The notes beneath the pieces were generated by a model that was given only the letters and a program-made list of their open reading frames with translations, did no database searches and was not told where the DNA came from. A stretch of 64,000 bases of DNA from Podarcis filfolensis (Eukaryota). Below, piece by piece: positions 1 to 11,029 of this stretch. Location: the NCBI GenBank assembly GCA_964270895.1, contig OZ185435.1, one strand, 5' to 3'. Every line of letters starts with the position of its first letter. The first letter of the stretch is position 1. The position numbers were made by a program, and so were the translations under genes.

Positions 1-761
1 CTTAGTTGGATGGATTTAAATGTATGTGGCATCTATTCACACACCCCCCATTTGCATTTGCAACCAATTTAACCGTGTTGGGAATAAAACAACATTCTCG
101 CGTTTCCACTTAAGAAACACATCAGCAACACAGAGAGATACAAATATCTCTTCATAACTTGCTGAGCTGTACAATGACAATGACTAGTACAACTATGGCT
201 GTGTAGTTAGCCACCTGACGAGAAAGACATGAGCACACAACTTGTTAAATCACACTGTCAACAACGGTGGTTGGCAGGCGTTTGCTCGCCTTACGATGGC
301 ACTGCATGTGGTACCCAGGATCCAAAATGAGTTTGCCAGCAATTTTTCTGTCTTCATTCTGGATTTGTGGAGGATATGACGCTCTGTGATTTGAGACTGT
401 TACCACATGGCCTTGTCTACAGATGCTGTTACACATGGCCACCCAAGGAAAACATGCACCAAATGTGCCATGGCAAGAACCGGGTTTTCTAAAAGGGGGA
501 ATTAGCAACATATAAAGCCAGAGTTTAGAGTAATCAAAGTTGTGCCTTATTTCTTTGTTACCTTTATTTTCAGATAATGGAGGTCAAACATTGCTTAGGA
601 AAATAGTCATCTCCAAGCTTGCAGAAACAAGTATGGAGATGGCAAAAAATGGGAAGTCAGTAATACCAAACCAAGTTGATAGATAGGTGTTCTTTGTCAC
701 AGAGGTTACCATTAATGACAGAGATGCATCTAGGCACACACCCCAAAATATGTACCTGTTT

Positions 762-763
<2 letters not shown>

Positions 764-807
<44 letters not shown>
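764..807. repeat. (TA)n microsatellite
   Basis: Perfect TA dinucleotide run of 44 bp. Confidence 0.97.
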
Positions 808-810
<3 letters not shown>

Positions 811-974
811 TTAGTGAAACATGCCCACAAAGGGAATACAGAACTTAACAGTTCTCCTGGAAAGAAAGGAAAATATCAGTTGATGGTTGTGGTCTTAAAC
901 ATTCAAATATAGGCAGTCAAATGAAAGTGCCACTTTCTCTCCACAGGTTTCCATGTGTGAGTGGAGGGGGAATA

Positions 975-1775
975 CAGTGGTACCTTGGTTTATGAGCTTA
1001 ATCCGTTCCGGAAGTCCATTCTTAAACCAAAGCGTTCTTAAACCAAGGCGTGCTTTCCCATAGAAAGTAATGGAAAATAGATTAATCTGTTCCAGACGAT
1101 GAAAAACAACCCCTAAAACAGCAATTTCACATGAATCTTACTATCTATCAAGGCCATTGAGCCATAAAATGAAAGCAATAATCAATGTACTGTACTGTAA
1201 AATCAATAAAACAGCATTGATGATTTTTTAAAAAATGAAAATGTGGTTTTTTCTTACTTGCACTGATGATAGTCATTGTTTGGAGTGGGGGGTCGGGGTC
1301 CTCTTCCAGATTCACAATTGGTGACTCCTCTCCTGCTATTCCTTCCCTTGCTTTTTTTACACCACTGCCACCTGGTTCAGACACACTGGATCTTTTCCTT
1401 ACCTTACCTTTAAAGAGTGTGAACCTGTGATAAGGTCAGCCCTTATGCTGCGCATCTTGGAAGTGGATCCGGAGTGAGTCAGTCAATGGGAAACAGGTGA
1501 GGTGGCTTCTGCCAGAAAGCATGATCTAGCTGGGAGTTGGATCTGCTCATAATAAAAGGATCTCTGGCCATCCAGGTATTGTTGGATTCCAACCCCCATC
1601 ACCCCTGGCCTGGGTGTGTGGTGGGGCCTACCTCTCCCGAGGCCTCCCGCGGCTGGAGCCTGCATGTTCACATTCCCCCCAAAAATTGCAAACCAGAACA
1701 CTCATTTCCGGGTTTGAAGTGTTCGCAATCCAAATAGTTCATAAAGTTGGTTGTTCGTAAACTGAGGTACCACTG
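975..1775. mobile_element. Non-autonomous Tc1/mariner (Tigger/pogo-like) element
   Basis: TIRs CAGTGGTACCTTGGTTTATGA ... TCGTAAACTGAGGTACCACTG, flanked by TA at 973-974 and 1776-1777. Confidence 0.8.
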
Positions 1776-1777
1776 TA

Positions 1778-1989
1778 CAGTGGTACCTCGGGTTACAGAC
1801 GCTTCAGGTCACAGACTCTGCTAACCCAGAAATATTACCTTGGGTTAAGAACTTTGCTTCAGGATGAGAACAGAAATCACGTGGCGGCGGGAGACCCCAT
1901 TAGCTAAAGTGGTAACTCAGGTTAAGAACAGTTTCAGATTAAGAATGGACCACCAGGACGAATTAAGTTCTTAACCTGAGGTACCACTG
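1778..1989. mobile_element. Tc1/mariner (Tigger-like) MITE abutting the previous element
   Basis: TIRs CAGTGGTACCTCGGGTTA ... TTAACCTGAGGTACCACTG; TA at 1776-1777 (shared) and 1990-1991. Confidence 0.85.
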
Positions 1990-3039
1990 TACTATGCTCA
2001 GTTGTCTTAAGTCAGTAAAATGATACCATGTTGTATAGAAGGCACGAACAGATCAATGTTCCTTTTGTGAGATGGTTAATTTGTTTGTAAGCATGTCCAT
2101 ACCACATGCAAAGAATATTTGAACCAGGCACCTTGAAATAACTTCTTGAGGGGGACAGTTTCCCAGTGGCAGGGGAGTATGATTTGCAGTAACCTAAGGC
2201 TTATTTCAGGGTGAAGCACCCCAAGCGGAAACTTCCAGTTACTTATTCATGGGTTTATTGCCAAGGAAATGATATAAATGGAGTGGAGGGATCATGCTTG
2301 AAAATAGTTTGTGTGGAGTGGAGAAGCCTTAGACTGGATATTATGTTTGGGTGGCTTTCTCCAACCTCTCCAGGTGTTTTGGACAACATTTCCCATTTAG
2401 CCAAAGCCAGCATCAAGAGGGCATCAGGTTGAGTAAGGTTGTACCAGTGCATCTCAAACCAGTGCATCTCAAACGTAGCGATCAAGCACCTGGGTGCTGC
2501 TGCTGCAGCAGACCCAAGTCGTCTTCCATGAGCTGGTTCTGCAAGGTTGAGTAAGGTTGCACCAGTGCATCTCAAAGGGGCCTTGAGTCTCTGGGTGGAA
2601 GTAGTGTACCAGATTGCTCAAGGCTTATCTTACATTGCAAAGCCCTCTCTAATAAAACTTCAGTCTAACGGGTTATCCAATGAAGCTGAATGGTGGGAGA
2701 TGCGGGACAAAAACCTCCAGCATATCCAGGTAGGGTTGTGTATACTTCCTGCTTGAAACCCAGGAGAGCTTCTGCTAGTCGGAGAAGAATACACTGCTGA
2801 GTGGCGCCTTGGACTTCTGCCCCAAACCCTACCCTGATACTGCCACTGCTAGAGATATTGTGTGGAAGCCAAAATGAAGGTTTGGGCATGAAATGATGCT
2901 AGTGTGTCTAATGAAGGATGGATTTGGGGTGTGCCGGTGATAATTTTGGTGATCGGAGGCATGCAAGCGGGGAACCAGGAACTAATATAGCTGGTTCTGT
3001 TCTACTTGCTATGGAAACCCCATTATTTCCTCCCTATTG

Positions 3040-3235
3040 CAGAATCTTCTAGGGACAGCACCAGTGTTTTATAGCAGCTGTGGGGGCTCTCTGGATCCTT
3101 TGCATGGTTTGACATTGGGGTGAAGTTGGATCCCATGCCCAGGAGACAGCGAAAAGTTTCCTTGTGCTGCTGGACCCTGTCCCTTATTCATGGTTGTATC
3201 AATGCAGCAGAAGATCGGATTGGGCCGTTAGGCTC
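3040..3235 (+). mobile_element. Highly degenerate L2 RT remnant
   Basis: Remnant resembling the 'SFLVLLD' region of L2 RT (AGTTTCCTTGTGCTGCTGGAC); disrupted; boundaries approximate. Confidence 0.35.
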
Positions 3236-3989
3236 CTTTCTGCGTGTTTCTCCCCCCAGCCAGTGCTGAAAATAAAGCCAATCAAACTAGGTCAGGTATT
3301 CAAATATTTGGATTAATTTGGTATTCAGCCCAGGTGATCTGCCTCATGTCTTTTTTTTGCTGTGCTAGCTGTGAGAAAGAGTACTTTCCTTCCCACTGAT
3401 TTAACCCGTCTGGTTGTTTGACTCTTTATCTGTTGTGCTTTTTTTGCTTCTTCTTTTTTTATAATTCAACAGACGCAGAAACTTAAGAGCTTAACACTTT
3501 GCAGGAAACTGTCAAGGAACCTCAAATTGCAATTTTCTGCTTTTCTCGTCACCAGGATAATCGGATGATAAAAGGCAGAAATGCTGATTTCCCTCCTTTA
3601 CATTAAAATAAGTAGTGCATTTAGGTATTTTTAGAATGTAAATGCGACAAAATGCAGAAGCTGCTAAATATAGCCACCCCGATTCTCTCCCCCCCTTCAA
3701 TCGCATCAGTGAAAAAATGCCCCCCATGTCTCTGTGAAGGAAATGGAACAACCCAGGAGTATTTGATGGGATGGGGGCGGGGGAATCAGAGAACCACTTC
3801 TGTACCATTATCTCAGAATTATAGTGCAATGTTATGCTGGGTAAGACTCTTCTGGAAATCTGATGGCACATTTGTTATCTTTGCCAATAGGACAAACTCC
3901 ACTAATACCGGAATGGGAACTGTGGGGAAGGGTCATAACTCACTGGTTCATTTGCATGAAGGAGATCTCAGATTCAACCCCAGCCATAT

Positions 3990-4465
3990 CCTTGATGTAG
4001 GGCCAGAGAGTCCTCTGCCTGAACCCCTGGAGAGCCGCCAGTAGCCAGTGCTTACCTGTCAACTGTCCCGGAAAAAATAGGGCATCCTGTTTTGTTTCCT
4101 CGCGCGAGGACAGCAGCCAAAATGGCTGCCGCAATCTTGTGTGATTTTGGGCTGCACTTTTTTCATGCATGCCCACGTGTTCTGGGGCGCTGTGCCTTAA
4201 AAAAGCATTTTCTGTGGAGGACACACACACAATTTTGTGCAGGTCATGTAACTCACACAGGAGTGCGGACCTAGAAGATGGCATCCCAGATATGGGCTGC
4301 CTTGTGTTGGAAGGTATGGCCAGTGTAGTCCATTGGTAGCCAACATGGTGATCCACCTACTTTCCCTGGCCATTGGCCACACTAGCAGGAGATGATGGGA
4401 GCTGGGGTAGGCAATACTGAGCTTGATGGATCAATGGTCCACCCTGGTATGAGGCAACTTCCTGT
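3990..4465 (+). mobile_element. Fragments of a tRNA-derived squamate SINE (Squam3-like)
   Basis: 'ctgcctgaacccctggagagccgcca' (about 4015-4040) and tail 'aatactgagcttgatggatcaatggtcc...tatgaggcaacttcctgtg' (about 4410-4465) match the fuller copies at 48733 and 62264. Confidence 0.5.
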
Positions 4466-5499
4466 GCTCATGTAAGCGAGCAAAAATGTGACCATAGTGT
4501 ACAGTATTTGTGGTAACAGCAAGACATTACACTAATTTCACCGCAGGGTGTTCTTGTGTTCCCCAAGGATACATTCCCTGAGAGGCATGGCCTAGCATCC
4601 TGGCCTACTAAATGCAGGTGGCAGTGAAGAGAGGGGTTAGAAGCTTGACCAGTGGCAGAAGCCATCTTGGTTTCCCTGTGTATATCATGTGGGTTAAGCT
4701 CAAGTGCACGAAGCAAGAAAGACCCAAGTCTGTGAAAGGGTAGCTCAGTCCTAATGGGTCTCTCCTTTCCCCCTGTTTCTTTTCTGCCAGATAGGCTTGT
4801 CACACTCCATTAAGTCAGTCATGTCTCACAGCCTGGGCTTGCCACTCCCTGCACCCCCATTTGGTTTGTGATGTACAACAGGGAAACACAAAGGCTTTGC
4901 TAGGCCAGGGCCTTTTCTTCATCCTCCCTCTCTCTCTTTGCCTTGCAAAACTGACAGGAGTAGGAGCAATGTCAGATTTCAGTGTGTTTAAAAAAGAAGA
5001 AGAAAGGAAGGGAAGAGAGAAGGGGAAGAAGAAGCCAGAGTAGCTTATTCTTGGTGTTGAAGTAGCATTCTCCAGCAATCGGTCCTGGTGCAACGGGGCT
5101 GAGGTGCTCCAACGAGAGGTCCCTTCAATTGTTCACTTCTCTGTCACTGGGCTGTGCATTGGGCCCTACTTGCAATTCATGGCAGGAGGCACAGTAGAAG
5201 TCATGTAATGTTTGCTTTACAAATGTGACCACTGGTATAATTGCTAGCTCTGCTGGACACTAGCTGCTTTGACTGTGTAAATGACACTTAGATTAGGTGT
5301 GTTGGGCTCCCCCTTTTCTGGCTCCCCACCACCCCATTTTAGCCAAATAATACCCCTCTGTACTCTTCTAGAAACCGTAGCTGCAGAAGGAATCACAGAA
5401 GGTAAGGGAGTCAAACCCCTTCTGCTTCCCCAGCTTCATGCCTTCCAACATTTCTCCAATGAAAATAGGGACGTCCCATTCCATAACGATAATTTTACT

Positions 5500-5570
5500 A
5501 TTTATACCCCACACATTTTACTGGGTTGCACCAGCCACTCTGGGCAGCTTTCAACATATATAAAAACATA
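5500..5570 (-). mobile_element. L2 3' tail remnant
   Basis: 'tttataccccac...ccagccactctgggcagctttcaaca' matches the 3' UTR of the L2 at about 13100-13160. Confidence 0.65.
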
Positions 5571-5789
5571 ATAAAACATTAAACATTAAAAAAATCTCTT
5601 CCCTATACAGGATTACCTTCCGATGGCTCGGGGGTTGGATAACTCTATACCCTCCAATGGAAATAGGAATGTCCTAAGGAAAAGTGGGACTGCACTGGAA
5701 AAATTAGAAACTGGGACGGCTTCTCTAAATCAGGGACGTCCCTGGAAAAAGGGACTGCACTGGAAGTGAAAGATGGTGACATTGATATT

Positions 5790-6018
5790 CAGTCATACCT
5801 CGGGTTGCGCGTTTTTGGGTTGCGGACTGTGCCGAACCCAGAAGTACTGGAACGGGTTACTTCCGGGTTTTGGTGCTCGCACATGCGCAGAAGCACAAAA
5901 TGTCACCATGCGCATGCACAGAAGCGCCAAATTGTGTCACGTGCATGTGCAGATGTGGCACTGCGGGTTGCAAACGTGCCTCCCGCATGGATCACGTTCG
6001 CAACCCGAGGTATGACTC
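5790..6018. mobile_element. Tc1/mariner (Tigger-like) MITE
   Basis: TIRs CAGTCATACCTCGGGTTGCG ... CGCAACCCGAGGTATGACT(C), followed by TA; internal GCGCATGCGC-type repeats shared with the copy at 49754. Confidence 0.8.
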
Positions 6019-6094
6019 TACTATAAGTTTTAACTGAGCACCATTTCACATAGCACAGAAATGTGAGACATGTTTCGGTGGGAAGTGAAGTGGT

Positions 6095-6134
<40 letters not shown>
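6095..6134. repeat. (TCTA)10 microsatellite
   Basis: Perfect tetranucleotide run. Confidence 0.97.
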
Positions 6135-6135
<1 letters not shown>

Positions 6136-6799
6136 TTATTTGGAACTCCCCCCCTAGGGAAGTTTGCCTAGAACAACCACTCCACGTTCCTGAGCTATTA
6201 TCTAACAACATGGTTTTAAATGTCATCTTACAATCTGCTCAAGGGATGAAAAATCCTTTGATCCTAAAAGAAATATTTACTTAAATTAACTTACAGCACT
6301 TTTATGCTTCCCATTAACAGTATGTTTTGGGGAGCAGTGTATGAAAACAACCTCCCTCCATTAACTATAAGCCTACAACATAAAATCACATAAAAATGCA
6401 GCTATAAAAATACAACAAGACAAACAAATTGTTACATATACCTTGCTCTCTATTTAGAAAGTGAAGAGTTATATCTGACTGATATGTTCACATTAGTGTC
6501 TTGAAGCTCTGCGAGGTCATTGCTGTGTTTTCAAATCACTTTCTTCCACTGTTGTGCATACCAGAGCAGCAGAGTTAGTTTGGGGCTCATTTGGGAAGGG
6601 CTGTCAGAGAAAGAAGGGGATTGGAAACCTGTGAATCCAGGACCCACAGACACATCCCCCCAATGTCCTTTTTCTGGGCAATTTCCTCTTCCAGTATCCT
6701 CTGACACACTGAGGAGGCCTCTTTCTCCATCCATGGACATTCCTTGCCACCAGCAGAGAGGGAGTTCTGCAGCATCTTAGCCCTCCATCCACACCTGCC

Positions 6800-6967
6800 C
6801 AGTGGCGTAGCGTGGGTTGTCAGCACCCGGGGCAAGGCAAGTAATTTGCACCCCCCAGCCCGTGGATTTGCGCCCCCTAACCCGTGGATTTGCGCCCCTA
6901 ACCCTAACCCCCAGATGTTGCGCCCGGTGCGGCCGGCCCCCTCTGCACCCCCCACGCTACGCCACTG
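6800..6967. mobile_element. hAT-superfamily MITE with perfect 8-bp TSD
   Basis: 17-bp perfect TIRs CAGTGGCGTAGCGTGGG / CCCACGCTACGCCACTG; TSD CACCTGCC at 6792-6799 and 6968-6975. Confidence 0.9.
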
Positions 6968-7898
6968 CACCTGCCTCTACCTGCTCTCCCAAGTAACCCA
7001 ATATTGCTCCCTAATTCTTGTTTGTCTTTAGGGACTGTTTCTCGAGTGTGTCCCTAATATCCCACTATCTGCACTTTCAAGAAATAATAGAAGACATTTT
7101 TGTTCCATTTTGTGTTCTGTATTGTTTTAAACTGGGACTTTTTAATTTTATTTTAGCAATTCTAGTACATCTTTAATTTTGCCTTGAGATGTGTATATGA
7201 AAAAATAAATAAGCAAAAGCCAAAAAGCCATCTTAGTGGTGTGTACTGTTATCACATATCTGGTAAGTTTTATTTTTCAAATTAACTTCCACAATTTCTT
7301 TCCAATATAGTTGTGCTTTTTGCTCATTCCTGCCACCTGTAAAAATTGTCTGCTCACAGAGAAGTGCATCTCCAAGATAAACTTTGCTTCATTTTAAGGC
7401 TATCAAATACCTATGATAAAAAAGTTGACATGGGTTTCCCTTAGCAGAGAAGAGGTTGATATTTTACTTTTTTAAAAAACCCCCAACAGTGCTCCCATTT
7501 CCTCCTAATTTATCTGTACTCTGCAACAATTACTCCATTTAACTTCCAGCGCTTAACAATTTTGATTCTCCTTTATTTTTGTCCATTATTAACAGAACTT
7601 TAAGCTCTGCCCTTGTGCAATGTTCTTTTGATTTCAAGAGTTGGCAGCCATTTGGGATGAGACTTCTGCTTTCTTAGACTTGCTCCCTCTTCCCTACATA
7701 AAGTGTTGTCTGCTGGTTTGTTTTGCAGTTGGGGGGGCACTAGGCAACAAAATGGCTGATATGAGCTGTGTGGACTGTGGGCTGTGTGGCAGAATATATT
7801 ACCCCACCTAAAAAAGCAGGAAAAGAGACAGGAATACAAAATAGTGCAGGTATCCCCCCCTCCGCCAATCAATAACAAAGGACACCACACTAATAATA

Positions 7899-8540
7899 TT
7901 TTTTTTAAAAAATTTATATCCCGCCCTCCACAGCCGAAGCCAGGCTCAGAGCGGCTAACAACAATAAAAGTAACACAATTTACATAAAATCACAATCAAT
8001 TAATTGAAATGCATTCTAAAATCAATTCATTCTAAAATCAATTCAAAATCTAATTAATGGCAACCATTGGGCTAGAGTTCTATGTGGATTACCGAAGGAG
8101 GGGGTCAGACTGTGCCTTGGCCAAAGGCCTGCTGGAACAGCTCTGTCTTGCAAGCCCTGCGGAAAGATGTTAAGTCCCGCAGGGCCCTAGTCTCTTGTGA
8201 CAGAGCGTTCCACCAGATCGGGGCCATGGCCGAAAAAGCCCTGGCTCTGGTTGAGGTCAGACTAACCTCCCTGTGGCCCGGGACCTCCAAGATGTTTTTA
8301 TTTGAAGACTGTAAGGTCCTCCGTGGGACATACCAGGAGAGGCGGTCCCGTAGGCACGAGGGTCGTACACCGTATAGGGCTTTAAAGGTTAAAACCAGCA
8401 CCTTGAACCTGATCCTGTACTCCACCGGGAGCCAGTGCAGCTGGTATAGCACTGGCTGAATGTGATTCTGCAGTGAGGACCTCGTAAGGAGTCTTGCCGT
8501 GGCATTCTGCACCCGCTGGAGTTTCTGGGCCAGTCTCAAG
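7899..8540 (-). mobile_element. 5'-truncated L2 LINE 3' end (second subfamily)
   Basis: Open frame 'KLQRVQNATARLLT...LHWLPVEYRIRFKVLVLTFKAL...RAFSAMAPIWWNAL' is the L2 ORF2 C-terminus; followed by a 3' UTR and A/T tail. Confidence 0.9.
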
Positions 8541-10389
8541 AAAATCTCTTTGCAACTCTCCTCTGCCCAGAACAGAAGGGAAGGAGGGTGTTCTCTGTTG
8601 ACAGTCAATAAATATGAGCTTGTTTAAAGGGGTGTCTTCAATGTAGGAGAGGCTGAGCAGATGCAAAAAGCGACTGAGCAACAAGAGTATACAGTCACGA
8701 GTATTGTGGCTTTCTGAGGGGATATTTACCGAGACCTTCCACTGGTGCCGTAGGAGGTATTGGTGACTTCTGCCTTACACAAAGCCAACTTAGTACTGTA
8801 AATAAATGGTGCTTGCCTTGCCTTAAAGAGTTCTGCCTTGGCACTCTGAAGCCCTGGGATTGTAGCTGCAAAAACTCCTGGCCTCCACCTCCCTTTCTTC
8901 TTCCTCCAGAATGAGGTTCCCTGACCCCTGCGCATTAAGTGTTTCACTAAATGATGACGAAGTGCGTTGCTGGAGTTCACTTCAAGTGCCTGGGGATCTA
9001 AAATAAATACCACCATGTAATAGATTTTTATCCACTGCCTTGCTGTAATCCCTGTCTGAATCCCTTCCAAATAGCAGTCGGGCGGCTGCTCGTACAAGTC
9101 AAACATTGATTCAGCTGCCTTTCGGAAGGTATTCAGGAAAGGAGTTGGGATAATGGGATTTCTTGGCTGCATGGAGAAGGGTTAAATTCTTTTTGTGGGG
9201 CTCCATACAAGAGTCTCTCGGCCCGTTACATGCATGAGGAAGAGGAGGAGGAGGAGGTATTTATAGAAAGGAAAATTGCTTAAGCAGTGAAAGTGGCAAC
9301 TTAAGGAGCTCTCCTGCTTTTCAAGGAGGATGCGAAGACCAGGTAGCTCAGTGCCTGGGCTGGGGAAAGCATGGAGAAAGGCATGCAAAAGAAGGTTGTA
9401 GCAAATGGGGCTACCAGATGGGTCTTAAAAGGGCAGCTCTCCCTCCCCACATATGATTCTATGGCACATCTGTTTAGAAATTAGCCATTTTGCTGCAAAG
9501 AAATATGCAGAGGCATGGATATGAATGCCCAATGTACTTTACAAGCACTCAGAAGTAAGCACCAATGAATTCAATGATGCTTACTCCCAGGACATAGGAT
9601 TGCAGTCATTGTGGTACTCATAAATGGGGTATTATGATACATTCTGCTGTTCTTTTGTGTGTTTGTGTCTGTTGGTCTGCCCATCTGATTATCAGTTTAT
9701 CTATCTACTTATCTACCAACCTACCTACCTACCATCAACCATGGATGGACACAGCTGCTTGCATCTTTGGACTCTCCTTGGGGTGTGGCTATGGGGCTTC
9801 TTAATTTCAAAATTTCCCACTACAACACTGACCTCCCTTGTTGCCTGCAGCATCATTCTGTGCCATACTGTGTGGCTGTCCTCGCATATTAGCCTGGGAT
9901 GGACTTCTACAGGTGTAGTCACGTTGATAAAATAAGACAAGGCTCAACACGAGACTGATGAATCCATCGTTTTGCAGGTTGCACCAGCCTTTTCAGATGG
10001 GCAGAGGTTCTTCATGAGCAATGTGATGGCAGACTTCATTCAGCAAAAGGAGGGAACAACCCCCTCGCCGTCACCTGCATGTTGCATTAGAACTCTGGGA
10101 GTGTGTGATGATTGCTAATGATTTTGAATGTGAGTTCAGCAGGGCAGGAACATTTGCCCTAGATTTTGTTCAGCTATGAATACAATATTGATGATTAAAA
10201 TAACACCCCATTCTCCCGCCTACAGTATCACCCCTATAACATATCCCAATGGAGGGTGGGGATTTCTTGCAGCAGTGGTCCTGGTGATTCTTTTAGATGA
10301 GAGGACTACCAAGATATGCTTTGGGGGAGAGGAGTTGCAGACTACCCTCTTATTTATGTCTGGGATGACTGCCTTCAAAAATTACCATG

Positions 10390-11029
10390 TGTGATGGCCT
10401 GGGATTTGGACTCAGATGCTGAACCTGAGGGATCCCAGCCTGCACAGGATTCCCTGCCTCCAGAACCAGCTGAGCCAGGGCTGGGGCATGAGCCTGAAGG
10501 GTCCTCACCTGTGCTGGATCCTCAGGTGCAGGCACCAGCTGAGTCTGCTCTGGCTCCTGAGGTGATGGAGGACCCATTGCCTGCACATGCTCCACTCTCA
10601 GCCCCGTCAGAGGAAGCTGAGGTTGCCTCTGGGTCCAGTAACCCTCCAGCCTCTCCTGAGCTGCAGAGGCTCAGGGCAGAGAGGCGGAGGGAACTAAGTT
10701 CCCGTGGCAGGAGGAGTGCTCGCCTCCAGGCCAGGAGAGGCGAGTCACCAGATGATCGGGGCAGCCCTATGCCTCGGGGCAGATAAAAGCCAGCCAGCCC
10801 CAGTCCCAAGTTGCGGGAGCAACATTGTTGGTTCCTAGTTCCTGCCTGAACCCTGTCCTGCCTGAGCTCCTGACCCGCCCTGGCTCCCTGCTTGCATGCC
10901 TGTTCCTGACTTCACCTGACTCCCTGCCCTGCACCCAGCTTCAGCTACTACGGACTGCCTCCTCGTTGCACCTTTGACCACAGACCGGACTTGGACCTCG
11001 CCTCTCGGGTAACCCATGGGACCAGCACA
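10390..11029 (+). mobile_element. Solo LTR (640 bp, Gypsy/ERV-like)
   Basis: TGT...ACA termini; 5-bp TSD CCATG at 10385-10389 and 11030-11034; TATA-like GATAAAAG at about 10782; no internal domain. Confidence 0.85.
10394..10786 (+). CDS. 130-aa acidic/Pro-rich then Arg-rich ORF inside the solo LTR (function unknown)
   Basis: ATG at LTR position 5; MAWDLDSDAEPEG...LQRLRAERRRELSSRGRRSARLQARR...; the stop codon overlaps the TATA-like box. Expression not shown. Confidence 0.3.
   Translation: MAWDLDSDAEPEGSQPAQDSLPPEPAEPGLGHEPEGSSPVLDPQVQAPAESALAPEVMEDPLPAHAPLSAPSEEAEVASGSSNPPASPELQRLRAERRRELSSRGRRSARLQARRGESPDDRGSPMPRGR

Noticed and set aside
2426-2576. CRISPR-like repeat-spacer pattern
   Set aside because: Only two 33-bp repeats, eukaryotic context, and no cas genes.
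3472-3610. Possible exon after a long polypyrimidine tract
   Set aside because: All three frames contain stops and none gives a recognisable protein.
5686-5765. 15-bp direct repeat GGGACTGCACTGGAA as the TSD of a novel insertion
   Set aside because: It lies within a decayed repeat with recurring GGGAC motifs, and the enclosed 50 bp has no tail or TIRs.
8726-9172. 148-aa ORF as a host gene
   Set aside because: No recognisable domain or supported exon structure.
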